In this document: one piece after another, positions 48,013 to 56,380 of the stretch
Layout of the letters: the number at the start of each line of letters is the position of its first letter
Numbering within the stretch: the first letter of the stretch is position 1
Notes under the pieces: model-generated
What the model was told of the DNA's origin: nothing
Database searches by the model: none
Seen by the model: only the letters and a program-made list of their open reading frames with translations
Translations under genes and position numbers: made by a program
IMG/VR virus record: IMGVR_UViG_3300033997_000243
Coordinates: 248,001-312,000 of that record
Reading direction: 5' to 3' (one strand)
DNA length: 64,000 bases

Positions 48013-48801
48013 TTAAGAACGCACGTAATTCAAAGCTGACGCCAACGCATCTTCAATAGATGCAATAATCAAAACTTTATCAACTTTTTTCTGACGTTTT
48101 ACCGCAGTCGGCCCAAAGTTGTCTATAAGAATTTGACTGATCGGATGAAAAGCGGTTGTAGAATTTTTAATATTCAGCTGGTCATTAGTTACGTAAATAG
48201 ATGCAGGCATTCCTACATTTTTATTTTTGGTAAAAAAGTCAACAATTTGAGCAGCCGATGAAAACTCTTCGATTTTGTTTTCATCTAAAAACACAAACTT
48301 TGCTTTCATCGCGGATAGTGCAGATACCTTAAACTTTTCCAGTTCGATACTAACAAGATTGGATATATCATCAAAGTTAATATCCAGATCCAGCTGGTCA
48401 AGACCTTCACAAAGTTCATTGGCAATTTCTGGCAAGTCCAGATCGTCAAGCGCATCGTGCGCTAAAATATCAGCGGCCATGCCTTTTAATATCCAGTCTG
48501 CAAAAATTGTGGAATTCATTTCCATCTTACGAAGATTAGCAACGACTACTTTTAAAGCAGAATATACTTCGTCAGTATTTCCATCAACATAAGAAATTTC
48601 GTTTTGCGCGGAAAGCAGTGTGATCCGGTAAACATAATTTTCAGGTTCACAATCAGATACGTCTTTGGTAATGTTCTCTATGTTCATTACCACATCGTAA
48701 ACATCACCAAGAGTAAGGCGTTTCACCAGCGATAAAACTTGCAGAGGTGAGTTTGAACCGCCTTTCTGTGGTTTGTTAGATTCTAATTTGAATAAATTCA
48801 T
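48013..48801 (-). CDS. hypothetical protein
   Basis: 262 aa, GGAG RBS. Confidence 0.8.
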   Translation of the reverse strand: MNLFKLESNKPQKGGSNSPLQVLSLVKRLTLGDVYDVVMNIENITKDVSDCEPENYVYRITLLSAQNEISYVDGNTDEVYSALKVVVANLRKMEMNSTIFADWILKGMAADILAHDALDDLDLPEIANELCEGLDQLDLDINFDDISNLVSIELEKFKVSALSAMKAKFVFLDENKIEEFSSAAQIVDFFTKNKNVGMPASIYVTNDQLNIKNSTTAFHPISQILIDNFGPTAVKRQKKVDKVLIIASIEDALASALNYVRS

Positions 48802-48812
48802 AGATTCTCCGT

Positions 48813-49502
48813 TTATTTATCAGAAGCTAAACTGCTTATTAAATTTGACTTGATGAAAAGTTTTTTGCCTTCACACAAAACTTGTATGTCGAGGGCAAAA
48901 GGTTGTTTACGTCCATCACGAGTTTTAGCAACATCTTTCAAATCTGTGTAAGAAAGAACGTCAACATTGACCAGATCGTTACTGAGGAAAACACCAACTT
49001 TTTTGTTGACCAATTGGTGAATGCTAAGGCCGATAGGTAAACCGTGATTGATTCGCATATCGATATTTTTTGCGAAACAAACTTTTGTATGAGCCTGTGT
49101 CACATGAAACTTCAGGTACTGAGAAAAAGCGTGAGCTTCCATCGTTTGATCGAAAACATCATAACTTGCTTCAGGCGCAAGACCGATAGTAATATCCATC
49201 AAAGTAAATTCAGTAATTCGACCTGTTGCTGTATTTTGAACGACTGCTTTTATAAAATCGTTCTCATAACGATCCATGAAAAACTTACTTGCAACAGTCG
49301 GTAAAGTTGGTTCAGCTCGTTCTTGCCTGTGACATTGTTTTGCACACAGTCTGAGAATTTCACGAGCCTCGTTTGACTGAGCAAAAAGTTTGCCGAAAAT
49401 GTACACGCGATTTCCCTGCAAAGAAACTTCAGGCATAGCCTTAGTTGATTGCATCAGCAAATGAAGCACTTGAAAAACTACTTCCGTGGTAAGTTTACGC
49501 AT
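48813..49502 (-). CDS. hypothetical protein
   Basis: Start moved to ATG 49502 (MRKLT), GGAG RBS. Confidence 0.8.
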   Translation of the reverse strand: MRKLTTEVVFQVLHLLMQSTKAMPEVSLQGNRVYIFGKLFAQSNEAREILRLCAKQCHRQERAEPTLPTVASKFFMDRYENDFIKAVVQNTATGRITEFTLMDITIGLAPEASYDVFDQTMEAHAFSQYLKFHVTQAHTKVCFAKNIDMRINHGLPIGLSIHQLVNKKVGVFLSNDLVNVDVLSYTDLKDVAKTRDGRKQPFALDIQVLCEGKKLFIKSNLISSLASDK

Positions 49503-49515
49503 AAACTTTTCTCCC

Positions 49516-49543
49516 AAAAAGTTGGTGGCCCGAAAGCCACCGA
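49516..49543 (-). terminator. intrinsic terminator
   Basis: GGTGGC-TTTCGG-GCCACC then U-tract on minus strand. Confidence 0.7.
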
Positions 49544-49549
49544 ATGATT

Positions 49550-49957
49550 TTACTGAGCCAGAGCTACCAACTTTTCTTTGATCGAATCAAAGTCCAGTGT
49601 GTTTATTTGGCTCTGGAATTCGTCTTTGATTCGGTTAGCACCTTTGGCACTTAGCGCATCTGAAACCGCAGCGTAGATGTCAGCTTCTGGATCATTAACA
49701 TCAAAATGTTTATCGTCAGTCAGATAGTTCATAACCGTACTTTCCTGCAAGCCGTTGTTACGAATATCGTAGCAAACAACTTTTTTAACATTTTCTTCCG
49801 TGGTATGACAAATTTCATCGTCAGAATCCGCCATGCAAGTGATCATGGTTTTTGTTGGATTCGATGAAAAACGAAAAGACAGTATAGTGAAAGTGCCTTT
49901 ACGATCTTTCAGTGTAACGCGCATTAAACTTTTCAAATTGATTCGTGCTTGTGACAT
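49550..49957 (-). CDS. hypothetical protein
   Basis: 135 aa, first gene after class I promoter. Confidence 0.8.
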   Translation of the reverse strand: MSQARINLKSLMRVTLKDRKGTFTILSFRFSSNPTKTMITCMADSDDEICHTTEENVKKVVCYDIRNNGLQESTVMNYLTDDKHFDVNDPEADIYAAVSDALSAKGANRIKDEFQSQINTLDFDSIKEKLVALAQ

Positions 49958-50017
49958 AACTAGATTCTCTTATGCTTGGCAAGATTTGACATGGTTCTTG
50001 CCCTAACCATTGAATAC

Positions 50018-50068
50018 ATTATACCAAAAAAGGGCAGCCGAAGCCACCCCTATTTTTGACACACTTGG
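50018..50068 (-). promoter_or_regulatory. class I promoter module containing a canonical UUCG terminator
   Basis: GTGTGTCAAAAA-TA-GGGGTGGC-TTCG-GCTGCCC-TTTTTT-GG-TATAAT (29 nt spacer). Confidence 0.88.
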
Positions 50069-50069
50069 T

Positions 50070-50690
50070 TTAGTTGCTATTCGCGCTTAAATCGCAGATT
50101 GAATCGGCCATTTCTTTTCCAACCATCGAAACGTACATGGCGTGTTTCATCTTGTCGAATTCGGCTAAAAAGTTTGCATCCAGTTTAGTCTTATCCGAAT
50201 CTATTTCAACAGCCAACTCTGGCAATGATGTCCACAGCTGATAACTATTCAAGATCAAACTCTGGCCATTTTCATCAGCAGGTGCAATCGCATTTACTTC
50301 ATTCCCTTGAATGTAAATCAATCCGTGATAGCCAGCAAAGTTGGTGCGAACAATGTAACGTCCTTCGCTAGTTTTAAAATCGCGCGGGTAAATAGAAAAA
50401 ATAACTCCATCTTCACCGACAAAATAGCAGGTCTTTGGTAATAAACGATCTGCCGTACTTACAGTTGGTTTCTTTCCAGTAGAGATTTTTTCAGCTGTTA
50501 AATCGATTGGATCGTAACCCAAAATCTCAATTCGTTTTTCACGGGAATCTTCTGAATCAGCATACTTGCCTTCAAAAGCTTGCCACAACTTTTCAGCATC
50601 GGCCAGAGAACGTAAGCCCATTGATAAAAATGAACTTTGTAATGCTAACCAACGAGAAACTTCAACCATTTTGTTTGTTACGTCTTTCAT
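50070..50690 (-). CDS. hypothetical protein
   Basis: 206 aa ORF. Confidence 0.8.
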   Translation of the reverse strand: MKDVTNKMVEVSRWLALQSSFLSMGLRSLADAEKLWQAFEGKYADSEDSREKRIEILGYDPIDLTAEKISTGKKPTVSTADRLLPKTCYFVGEDGVIFSIYPRDFKTSEGRYIVRTNFAGYHGLIYIQGNEVNAIAPADENGQSLILNSYQLWTSLPELAVEIDSDKTKLDANFLAEFDKMKHAMYVSMVGKEMADSICDLSANSN

Positions 50691-50691
50691 G

Positions 50692-51087
50692 TTATTTCAC
50701 CTTTTTCAGAAAACCAATTGATAATACATAACGTGTACCGGACTCAATGTAAGAAACAGAGTGTCCAATTAAATCAGGTCGAAAATAAACTAACGGGCCG
50801 AAGTGTGTAACCTTGTTTTTATGACCAAACTTATTGAATTGATCATAACGGAATTCACCGCCAACTTTTGCTGGAAACAACACAATGTTGATTCTATGAT
50901 GTTCGTAATCCTTACCAACACGATCAAAGTGATATGGAATGCTGCTTCCGGCTTCGTAGCGCAGAATATGAAGATCCAGATTAAAGCGTTTGCTGATTAA
51001 GATCTCGAACTTTTTATATCCGGTTCCTTGTCTACCGTCTTTCCACCGAAAGTAATTTCTCAGGGTATCAACAAACTTTTTAATCAT
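50692..51087 (-). CDS. 2OG-Fe(II) oxygenase
   Basis: LRY..GSSIPYHFD (HxD), GGEF, FRPD..GHSV...GTRYVLS. Confidence 0.88.
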   Translation of the reverse strand: MIKKFVDTLRNYFRWKDGRQGTGYKKFEILISKRFNLDLHILRYEAGSSIPYHFDRVGKDYEHHRINIVLFPAKVGGEFRYDQFNKFGHKNKVTHFGPLVYFRPDLIGHSVSYIESGTRYVLSIGFLKKVK

Positions 51088-51455
51088 ACGTCACCAAACA
51101 CAAGTTGTTTATTACGGCCACCATCAAGATCGTGAAATACCCAACCATCGTTATACTCAAGGATTAAGGCAATTTCACAATCTCGATAGATTTCTTCAAT
51201 GTCATCTACCCAAGACCAAGGCATAAATTTTTCATCATGTCCATGATAGAATTGCCATCCGTTTTCGTCATCAAAATAAATGTACGAATATTTTTCAAAA
51301 ATTGCATCATTGTAAAATCTGATGCGTGTTGATATAGGTTGATTCATCGTTCTGGCTAAGAAAGATTGTATCTGTTCAACTGTAATCGGATATTCAACAG
51401 GATCAACTATCAACTCACCTTCAACAACTGGCGCTACTTTAATTAAATCATTCAT
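51084..51455 (-). CDS. hypothetical protein
   Basis: 123 aa ORF. Confidence 0.75.
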   Translation of the reverse strand: MNDLIKVAPVVEGELIVDPVEYPITVEQIQSFLARTMNQPISTRIRFYNDAIFEKYSYIYFDDENGWQFYHGHDEKFMPWSWVDDIEEIYRDCEIALILEYNDGWVFHDLDGGRNKQLVFGDV

Positions 51456-51465
51456 AAACTTTTCC

Positions 51466-51792
51466 TTATTTCTTAACTGTTACATTGTAAAGTTCATCTT
51501 CAGTTATTTCTACTGAAAAGCACAATTTTTCAAAAGAGCCTTTTGCGGTTCTGCGAGCATGGTTATCTAAAAGAACGAGTACGAAAGATTGTGGACAAAA
51601 AGCATCCAGATTTTCAATATAACTTTTATTTAACTCATGAATAGATATGACCTGATAGAATGATTCGGAATCCAGTAGAGGATCTTTTCCCAATAAAGCT
51701 TCATCTAATTTAATAAAGTCCAGCAGTTTAACTTCTGCCAAACCTACTCCGCAGCTTCTAACAAACTTTTTATTTGATACCGATACTTTCAT
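51466..51792 (-). CDS. hypothetical protein
   Basis: Start moved to ATG 51792 (MKVSV), GAGG RBS. Confidence 0.75.
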   Translation of the reverse strand: MKVSVSNKKFVRSCGVGLAEVKLLDFIKLDEALLGKDPLLDSESFYQVISIHELNKSYIENLDAFCPQSFVLVLLDNHARRTAKGSFEKLCFSVEITEDELYNVTVKK

Positions 51793-51832
51793 TTTTAATA
51801 CCTCGTAGATTCTTCGCTGTTTCAATGTGCCT

Positions 51833-51890
51833 ATTATAGCAAAAATCTAGGATCATGTATATAGCTATTTTTGACACACTTGGATCAGTT
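51833..51890 (-). promoter_or_regulatory. class I promoter module
   Basis: AACTGATCCAAGTGTGTCAAAAA-N29-TATAAT; TATACA-17-TATAAT; TGC extended -10. Confidence 0.85.
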
Positions 51891-51938
51891 CAGCAACTTT
51901 CAACGATTTTTGTTAAATTTGAAGGTCATACTTGTTAG

Positions 51939-51951
51939 TAATTTAAGGGTA
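51939..51951 (+). promoter_or_regulatory. class III candidate promoter TAATTTAAGGGTA
   Basis: Same 13-mer as 5552-5564, similar distance to ATG. Confidence 0.45.
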
Positions 51952-51969
51952 CTACTAAAGGAGATTATT

Positions 51970-52173
51970 ATGAAAGAAGTTATTCAAGAAGTGATCGAAG
52001 GAACTAAAACTCTGGAGGATCTTGAAAAGTCAATTGCAGAAAATTTTGAATTGCGTAATAGCAGTGATAACAAACAACGTGGAATATACAGACTTGCAAC
52101 ATTACTATTGGCAAGTCCAGAAAAAGCCAAGGACGGTCAATTTTTAGATCGCTTTAAACAACTGTCAGAATAA
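51970..52173 (+). CDS. small hypothetical protein (only convincing plus-strand gene)
   Basis: GGAG RBS, ATG 51970 MKEVIQEVIEG..., 67 aa, followed by bidirectional terminator. Confidence 0.8.
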   Translation: MKEVIQEVIEGTKTLEDLEKSIAENFELRNSSDNKQRGIYRLATLLLASPEKAKDGQFLDRFKQLSE

Positions 52174-52177
52174 ATGC

Positions 52178-52209
52178 AAAAGGGAACCCCGAAAGAGGTT
52201 CCCTTTTTT
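52178..52209. terminator. bidirectional intrinsic terminator
   Basis: AAAAGGGAACC/GGTTCCCTTTT between convergent genes. Confidence 0.85.
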
Positions 52210-52212
52210 GAT

Positions 52213-52656
52213 CTAACTTGGATGTTTTATTTTCAGTGCTTTTTTAATTGCGCGTGTTAAAGAAGGAGAAAGCCTCGGAGCTTCTTTAACTTTGGTTCCA
52301 GATAAAATCATTATCTTGCCTTTATCGGGATTTGATATGCGATCAATCAAAGCACTGAGTTCGGCAGGTTTTAATTTTTCATCGGAAAGATCGACAGATA
52401 GAATTTCGTATTCTTCAATTTGCTGCAAAGTCATTTCATTGGTAGGTAGGAAAGTAATCTCAGTAACAAGATCTTTATCAATGAATACGCTTGAAAATAC
52501 GCGAACGGTAGCTTGTCCTGCTTCGGCCACTATTCGATTTTTATCCGCAGAACTAAGTTCTGCAAAATCAGAAAGTTTTCGATAGGCTTCGGCCATTGTC
52601 CAACGCACACCAGAAAATGTGAGTCTAGGGCTGTTTAAGTGGCATAATATTCTCAT
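52213..52656 (-). CDS. hypothetical protein
   Basis: 147 aa, ATGA overlap with tmk. Confidence 0.75.
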   Translation of the reverse strand: MRILCHLNSPRLTFSGVRWTMAEAYRKLSDFAELSSADKNRIVAEAGQATVRVFSSVFIDKDLVTEITFLPTNEMTLQQIEEYEILSVDLSDEKLKPAELSALIDRISNPDKGKIMILSGTKVKEAPRLSPSLTRAIKKALKIKHPS

Positions 52657-53288
52657 ACATCACCAAAAGCTTTACGCGCACACATTAAAATCATTTCCGC
52701 AGTATCTTCAATACTAACTCCATTTATGTCGAAAGTGACTAAACTTTTCGCAACAGTATGATCCATATTGCTAAGAGCAAACATGCGGTCATATTCGGCA
52801 CCAATCTTTTCTCTGAACTCAAAATACTCAAACTCAATTCGATCTTCAGGCTCTTTTACTTTGCCTGAGTTAGTTCCGTAAAAAATCATATCAGGAACCA
52901 AGGTATCTAAACTCAGTATTTTACGCAGGTTATAAAAGTGCTCAAGTGGAAAACCTTTACCTCCACACTGAAAAGCTCTTGTTGAAAAATCCCAACGATC
53001 TGCAACAACATTAACGCCAGCGGCAAGTTGTGATCTTACGTAAGGAACCAATTGCGCTCTGGCAGCAAACATTAAAAGAGTTTCTGCTTCTACAGTAAAC
53101 TTTTCATCAGAGTTATTAGCATTACCTTTTACCACAGTACGTATCTGTTCTGCAATCGGAGTTCCTCCAGGTTCGCGTACTTGAATAGTCGGGCCAAATA
53201 TTTTAGTAAGATTTGCCGTCAATATTTTTGCTTGTTCACTTTTACCAACACCATCCAATCCTTCAAGTACAAAAAATTTACCTTGCAT
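52653..53288 (-). CDS. tmk: thymidylate kinase
   Basis: MQGKFFVLEGLDGVGKS, REPGGT, ETLLMFAARAQ, VVADRW; start moved to ATG 53288. Confidence 0.93.
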   Translation of the reverse strand: MQGKFFVLEGLDGVGKSEQAKILTANLTKIFGPTIQVREPGGTPIAEQIRTVVKGNANNSDEKFTVEAETLLMFAARAQLVPYVRSQLAAGVNVVADRWDFSTRAFQCGGKGFPLEHFYNLRKILSLDTLVPDMIFYGTNSGKVKEPEDRIEFEYFEFREKIGAEYDRMFALSNMDHTVAKSLVTFDINGVSIEDTAEMILMCARKAFGDV

Positions 53289-53310
53289 AGTTATTTCCCC
53301 AGTTAAGATC

Positions 53311-53336
53311 AAAAAAGGCCACAGCAAAGTGGCCTT
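53311..53336 (-). terminator. intrinsic terminator closing the structured-RNA island
   Basis: AAGGCCAC/GTGGCCTT plus U6 on minus strand. Confidence 0.8.
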
Positions 53337-53342
53337 GTGTTT

Positions 53343-54356
53343 AATAGATTTTTGTTCTGACGGCAAAACGCAACAGACTGTAATATGTACTGGTGCTCGA
53401 ACAAAGCCAGTGCGAAAGTTGAATCTTACCGTCAGAACAAAAATCTATTTTATTCGGTGGGTTTGTTTTCCTTGTCCAAAATGCGAACAACAAACCCACC
53501 TGCTGGATTATTTAATATCGGTATTGCGGCTACCGAGATTTGTTCTTACCCTCTCAACAAGATAAGGAGTCATGTAAATAACAAATCGCCAAGCATCATA
53601 TCAACGAGTGCTTATAGTGAGCAGGTTTATGCTCCACTTGTACAACGCGAACAGTTAACCAACCTTTAAGGTCAAAGTAATCTGTTATACGTTGAATGTT
53701 GGTTGATATGCGAAAACTTTCTACGGATGACCGCCGTAAATTGTTTTCGCGGTTAATACAAATCGTTAGAAAAAAGATGAATAGAGTTACCATGAATATT
53801 CCTGTATAGCGGCATTTCAAATACACGACCCAAGAATTGAAGCAAGGAAAAAAGTCCAAAAACCTACAACAATTCAAAGTCTAAACATTGCTTAATGTTA
53901 GATTAAGGTTTGTACTCTCAGCGGGAGTTCGCGTCAGCACGTTCATGTTTTGAAATAACGAATGAGTGCGTGAGATACTCACAATACTAACCGACTTGGA
54001 GGGACGCAAGTATTGTCTCGTTGTTTTTCCTCTATAAGTTCATCAGCACAGCGGCAAGGAAGAATCCGCCTCACACAAAACTTTTTCAAGGACTGCTTAA
54101 ACTAATGCCGCGAAAAATTAGAATGCCTGTTCGACACAACTTGCTTGGAACCCCACGTACCTAAAAGGAGATCGAACAGACAAAGATGTTAAAGGAGATT
54201 CCACTAAAAATCTCGAAGTTAGGCTACTTCGTATAAAGTCTAGTCAAGGGATCTAGCTTGACATAATAAACTTTGCACTGCATACCAGCGCACAAGCAAC
54301 GGCTGTTCTGACCTAAGACAAAAAATGTCTCTGCTTGCAGATCTAAAGTGGAATCT
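53343..54356 (-). ncRNA. candidate large structured ncRNA(s), ~1 kb
   Basis: No credible CDS. Contiguous stems including a 21-bp perfect IR (53343-63/53429-49), a 12-bp IR (53456-67/53489-500) and a 10-bp IR (54196-205/54347-56); G-U extensions mostly favour the minus strand. Confidence 0.65.
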
Positions 54357-54687
54357 ACTTTAACATATTCAAAATATCTTCAAATTCTTCTGTAGTCAAT
54401 TGGTTTCGTTCAACTAAAATTTTCATGTAATTCAAATACAAACCTTTTGAGTAAGAAGTTTGGGCTATCAAGAATTCTACTTCAGGCCAACGACATTTCT
54501 TTTCGCGCAAAACAATTAAAGCGCATCTGTAAGGTATTCTATTTGGAGGCAAAGAAGTTAAAGCTTGCTTAAGCGTTGTAAATCTTCGCATCTGACTCCA
54601 ATAAAAAGCGCAGAATTTTTCTTTGTTGTTAAGTTCAAGAAAATGTTTAGAATAAAATTCAGGGCAATTTAAAAACTCTGGTTCCAT
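54355..54687 (-). CDS. hypothetical protein inside RNA island
   Basis: 110 aa ORF, RWPEVEFLI motif. Confidence 0.7.
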   Translation of the reverse strand: MEPEFLNCPEFYSKHFLELNNKEKFCAFYWSQMRRFTTLKQALTSLPPNRIPYRCALIVLREKKCRWPEVEFLIAQTSYSKGLYLNYMKILVERNQLTTEEFEDILNMLK

Positions 54688-54705
54688 AAATGATTACCAA
54701 ATAAA

Positions 54706-54819
54706 GATTCCTGTTCAGTGATACACTTAAACCACCAACTTTTCATAGTCTCCTACGCGGCTAAGTGCATGACTATCTTAAGTTACTTAGCTAACTGAAA
54801 TAAGTTTAGTGTTGGAATC
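54706..54819 (-). ncRNA. candidate structured RNA domain
   Basis: Nested GATTCC/GGAATC, ACACT(T)AAAC/GTTTAGTGT, TTTCA/TGAAA, TAGTC/GACTA, AGTTA/TAACT. Confidence 0.45.
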
Positions 54820-54906
54820 AAAAACTTAGCGCAATCAAAATAACAAAAACTAAAACAAGAGAAAGCAGATAGGGTTTTAATTCTGAATAATCTGGAAGCA
54901 TTTTTG

Positions 54907-55000
<94 letters not shown>

Positions 55001-55019
<19 letters not shown>

Positions 55020-55390
55020 CATGGAAAGTCACTGAAAAGCAATTTCAACAAACAGCCTCTAGTGGAAAGCATTACACTATAACCATCTATCTTATATGCT
55101 TTGATAAACGTGATCAGATCGCCAATCAGATTCGGTGGCGCTAATACAAAACAAAGAATTTCTCATGACAGCTACTCACGTATCTCGCATGTCGATGCAA
55201 ACGAATAAACTTGTTTTGTAAAACCAGTCTTGCGACCAGAAACAGCACTTAGAGGACGCTAGAGTGCCGAAATAAAAAAGACCGTAAGAAATTCTTACAC
55301 AAACTATCGGAAAGGATGTAGCGCAGACACAATCCAGTTCCTGAGTTTAGTTGCCAAACAAATACATGCAAAGTTTGGCAGGTCAGGGAA
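55001..55390 (-). ncRNA. candidate structured RNA upstream of tRNA
   Basis: Non-coding; stems CCATGTTT/AAACATGG, AAAGCAT/ATGCTTT, TACAAAACAA/TTGTTTTGTA, AAGAATTTCT/AGAAATTCTT, TGCCAAAC/GTTTGGCA. Confidence 0.5.
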
Positions 55391-55392
55391 AT

Positions 55393-55815
55393 CTATATAC
55401 TGTCTTTTATAGACAGAACTATACGGGCTTCGCCAGTTGTGACTATCTTAACTGCGGTTACAAGATGTTCAATGGATTCCATTTTAGTTTCACCAGCTGG
55501 AATTCCGGTAAGCAGATCAGATAACATCCAATCGGCTGTAATAAATTTTTCCTGTGTTTCCCCATCAGCCGGAAGATCAGGAATATTCGCAAGTTTTATA
55601 TCAGAAGCTGTGTAGAAAATATCTGTTGTTCCACTTATACTGTGAGCCTGCATGGTAAGAAATGAATAATTCTGTGGAACCAACAAAATAAAATCTTTTG
55701 TTGGATCAGATGGAACATGGTGAGTAAAAATATTTTTGTTGACTTTTAAACTGGCACTTACGTCACCAAGTTGTTCTAAAAACTTTTTACTATTTACTAA
55801 AACTATAGGTTTCAT
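55393..55815 (-). CDS. hypothetical protein inside RNA island
   Basis: 140 aa, AAGG RBS. Confidence 0.75.
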   Translation of the reverse strand: MKPIVLVNSKKFLEQLGDVSASLKVNKNIFTHHVPSDPTKDFILLVPQNYSFLTMQAHSISGTTDIFYTASDIKLANIPDLPADGETQEKFITADWMLSDLLTGIPAGETKMESIEHLVTAVKIVTTGEARIVLSIKDSI

Positions 55816-55835
55816 TTGAGTGTACCTTAATGAAG

Positions 55836-55961
55836 TGCTGGTGCGGAAAGCTAGAAGTTCAGGTTTAATGTTCTACTTTCACCCCTAAACCAAAAGCCTT
55901 GTGAGTGTAATAACAAACTGAGTGAGTTATGTTTAAATTACCTAACATTTCCGCACCAGCA
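55836..55961 (-). ncRNA. candidate 126-nt RNA closed by a perfect 14-bp stem
   Basis: TGCTGGTGCGGAAA (55836-49) / TTTCCGCACCAGCA (55948-61). Confidence 0.55.
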
Positions 55962-55967
55962 AAACTT

Positions 55968-56309
55968 TTAAGATGACTTTTTAGCCGACAGTTTTGGTAA
56001 GCCGAAATTATCTAACAAACTATCCAGCTTTGATATACGATTTACAGTTTCCTCTGAGCGCTCGTCGATGCAGATAAGAATGTTATCGCGGTGCTGGATC
56101 AACTCTTCAATGTAGCCGACCAATTGATCCAGTTTTAAGTTTGCCGTACTTTCTTTCAAACGTGTTTTAACATTTGAAATAGTAGAATCGTAACTAAGAT
56201 CAAAATGATCTTCAGCAAAAGTAATGAGATCAGAAACTTGTTGACGAGCCTTAACCAGCTTTGCATTTAAAGAAGCACGATCAATTTGAACAGATAATTG
56301 TTGCAACAT
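55968..56309 (-). CDS. coiled-coil hypothetical protein
   Basis: 113 aa, AGGA RBS. Confidence 0.75.
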   Translation of the reverse strand: MLQQLSVQIDRASLNAKLVKARQQVSDLITFAEDHFDLSYDSTISNVKTRLKESTANLKLDQLVGYIEELIQHRDNILICIDERSEETVNRISKLDSLLDNFGLPKLSAKKSS

Positions 56310-56380
56310 TTTAAGATTCCTATAATAAAGGTGGAACTCTCCTTGTTCCGGTTGGGACGTCCGATTTACCTACGACAACA

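Noticed and set aside
17749-51890. Repeated TTTTTGACACACTTGGATCAG as a CRISPR repeat or attC-like site
   Set aside because: Copies are dispersed kilobases apart, always at a fixed distance from a -10 box, with no regular spacers and no cas or integrase gene in the window
53329-53877. ORF-track ORFs 53329-53565(+), 53385-53669(+) and 53596-53877(-)
   Set aside because: No RBS, atypical composition, mutually overlapping, and they coincide with dense RNA structure
54020-54052. CUGAUGA...GAAA on the minus strand as a hammerhead ribozyme core
   Set aside because: Stem II lacks the closing R-Y pair, and I could not find partners for stems I and III
55836-55961. Retron msr-msd
   Set aside because: No reverse transcriptase in the window and no clear msd hairpin; kept only as an unexplained structured element
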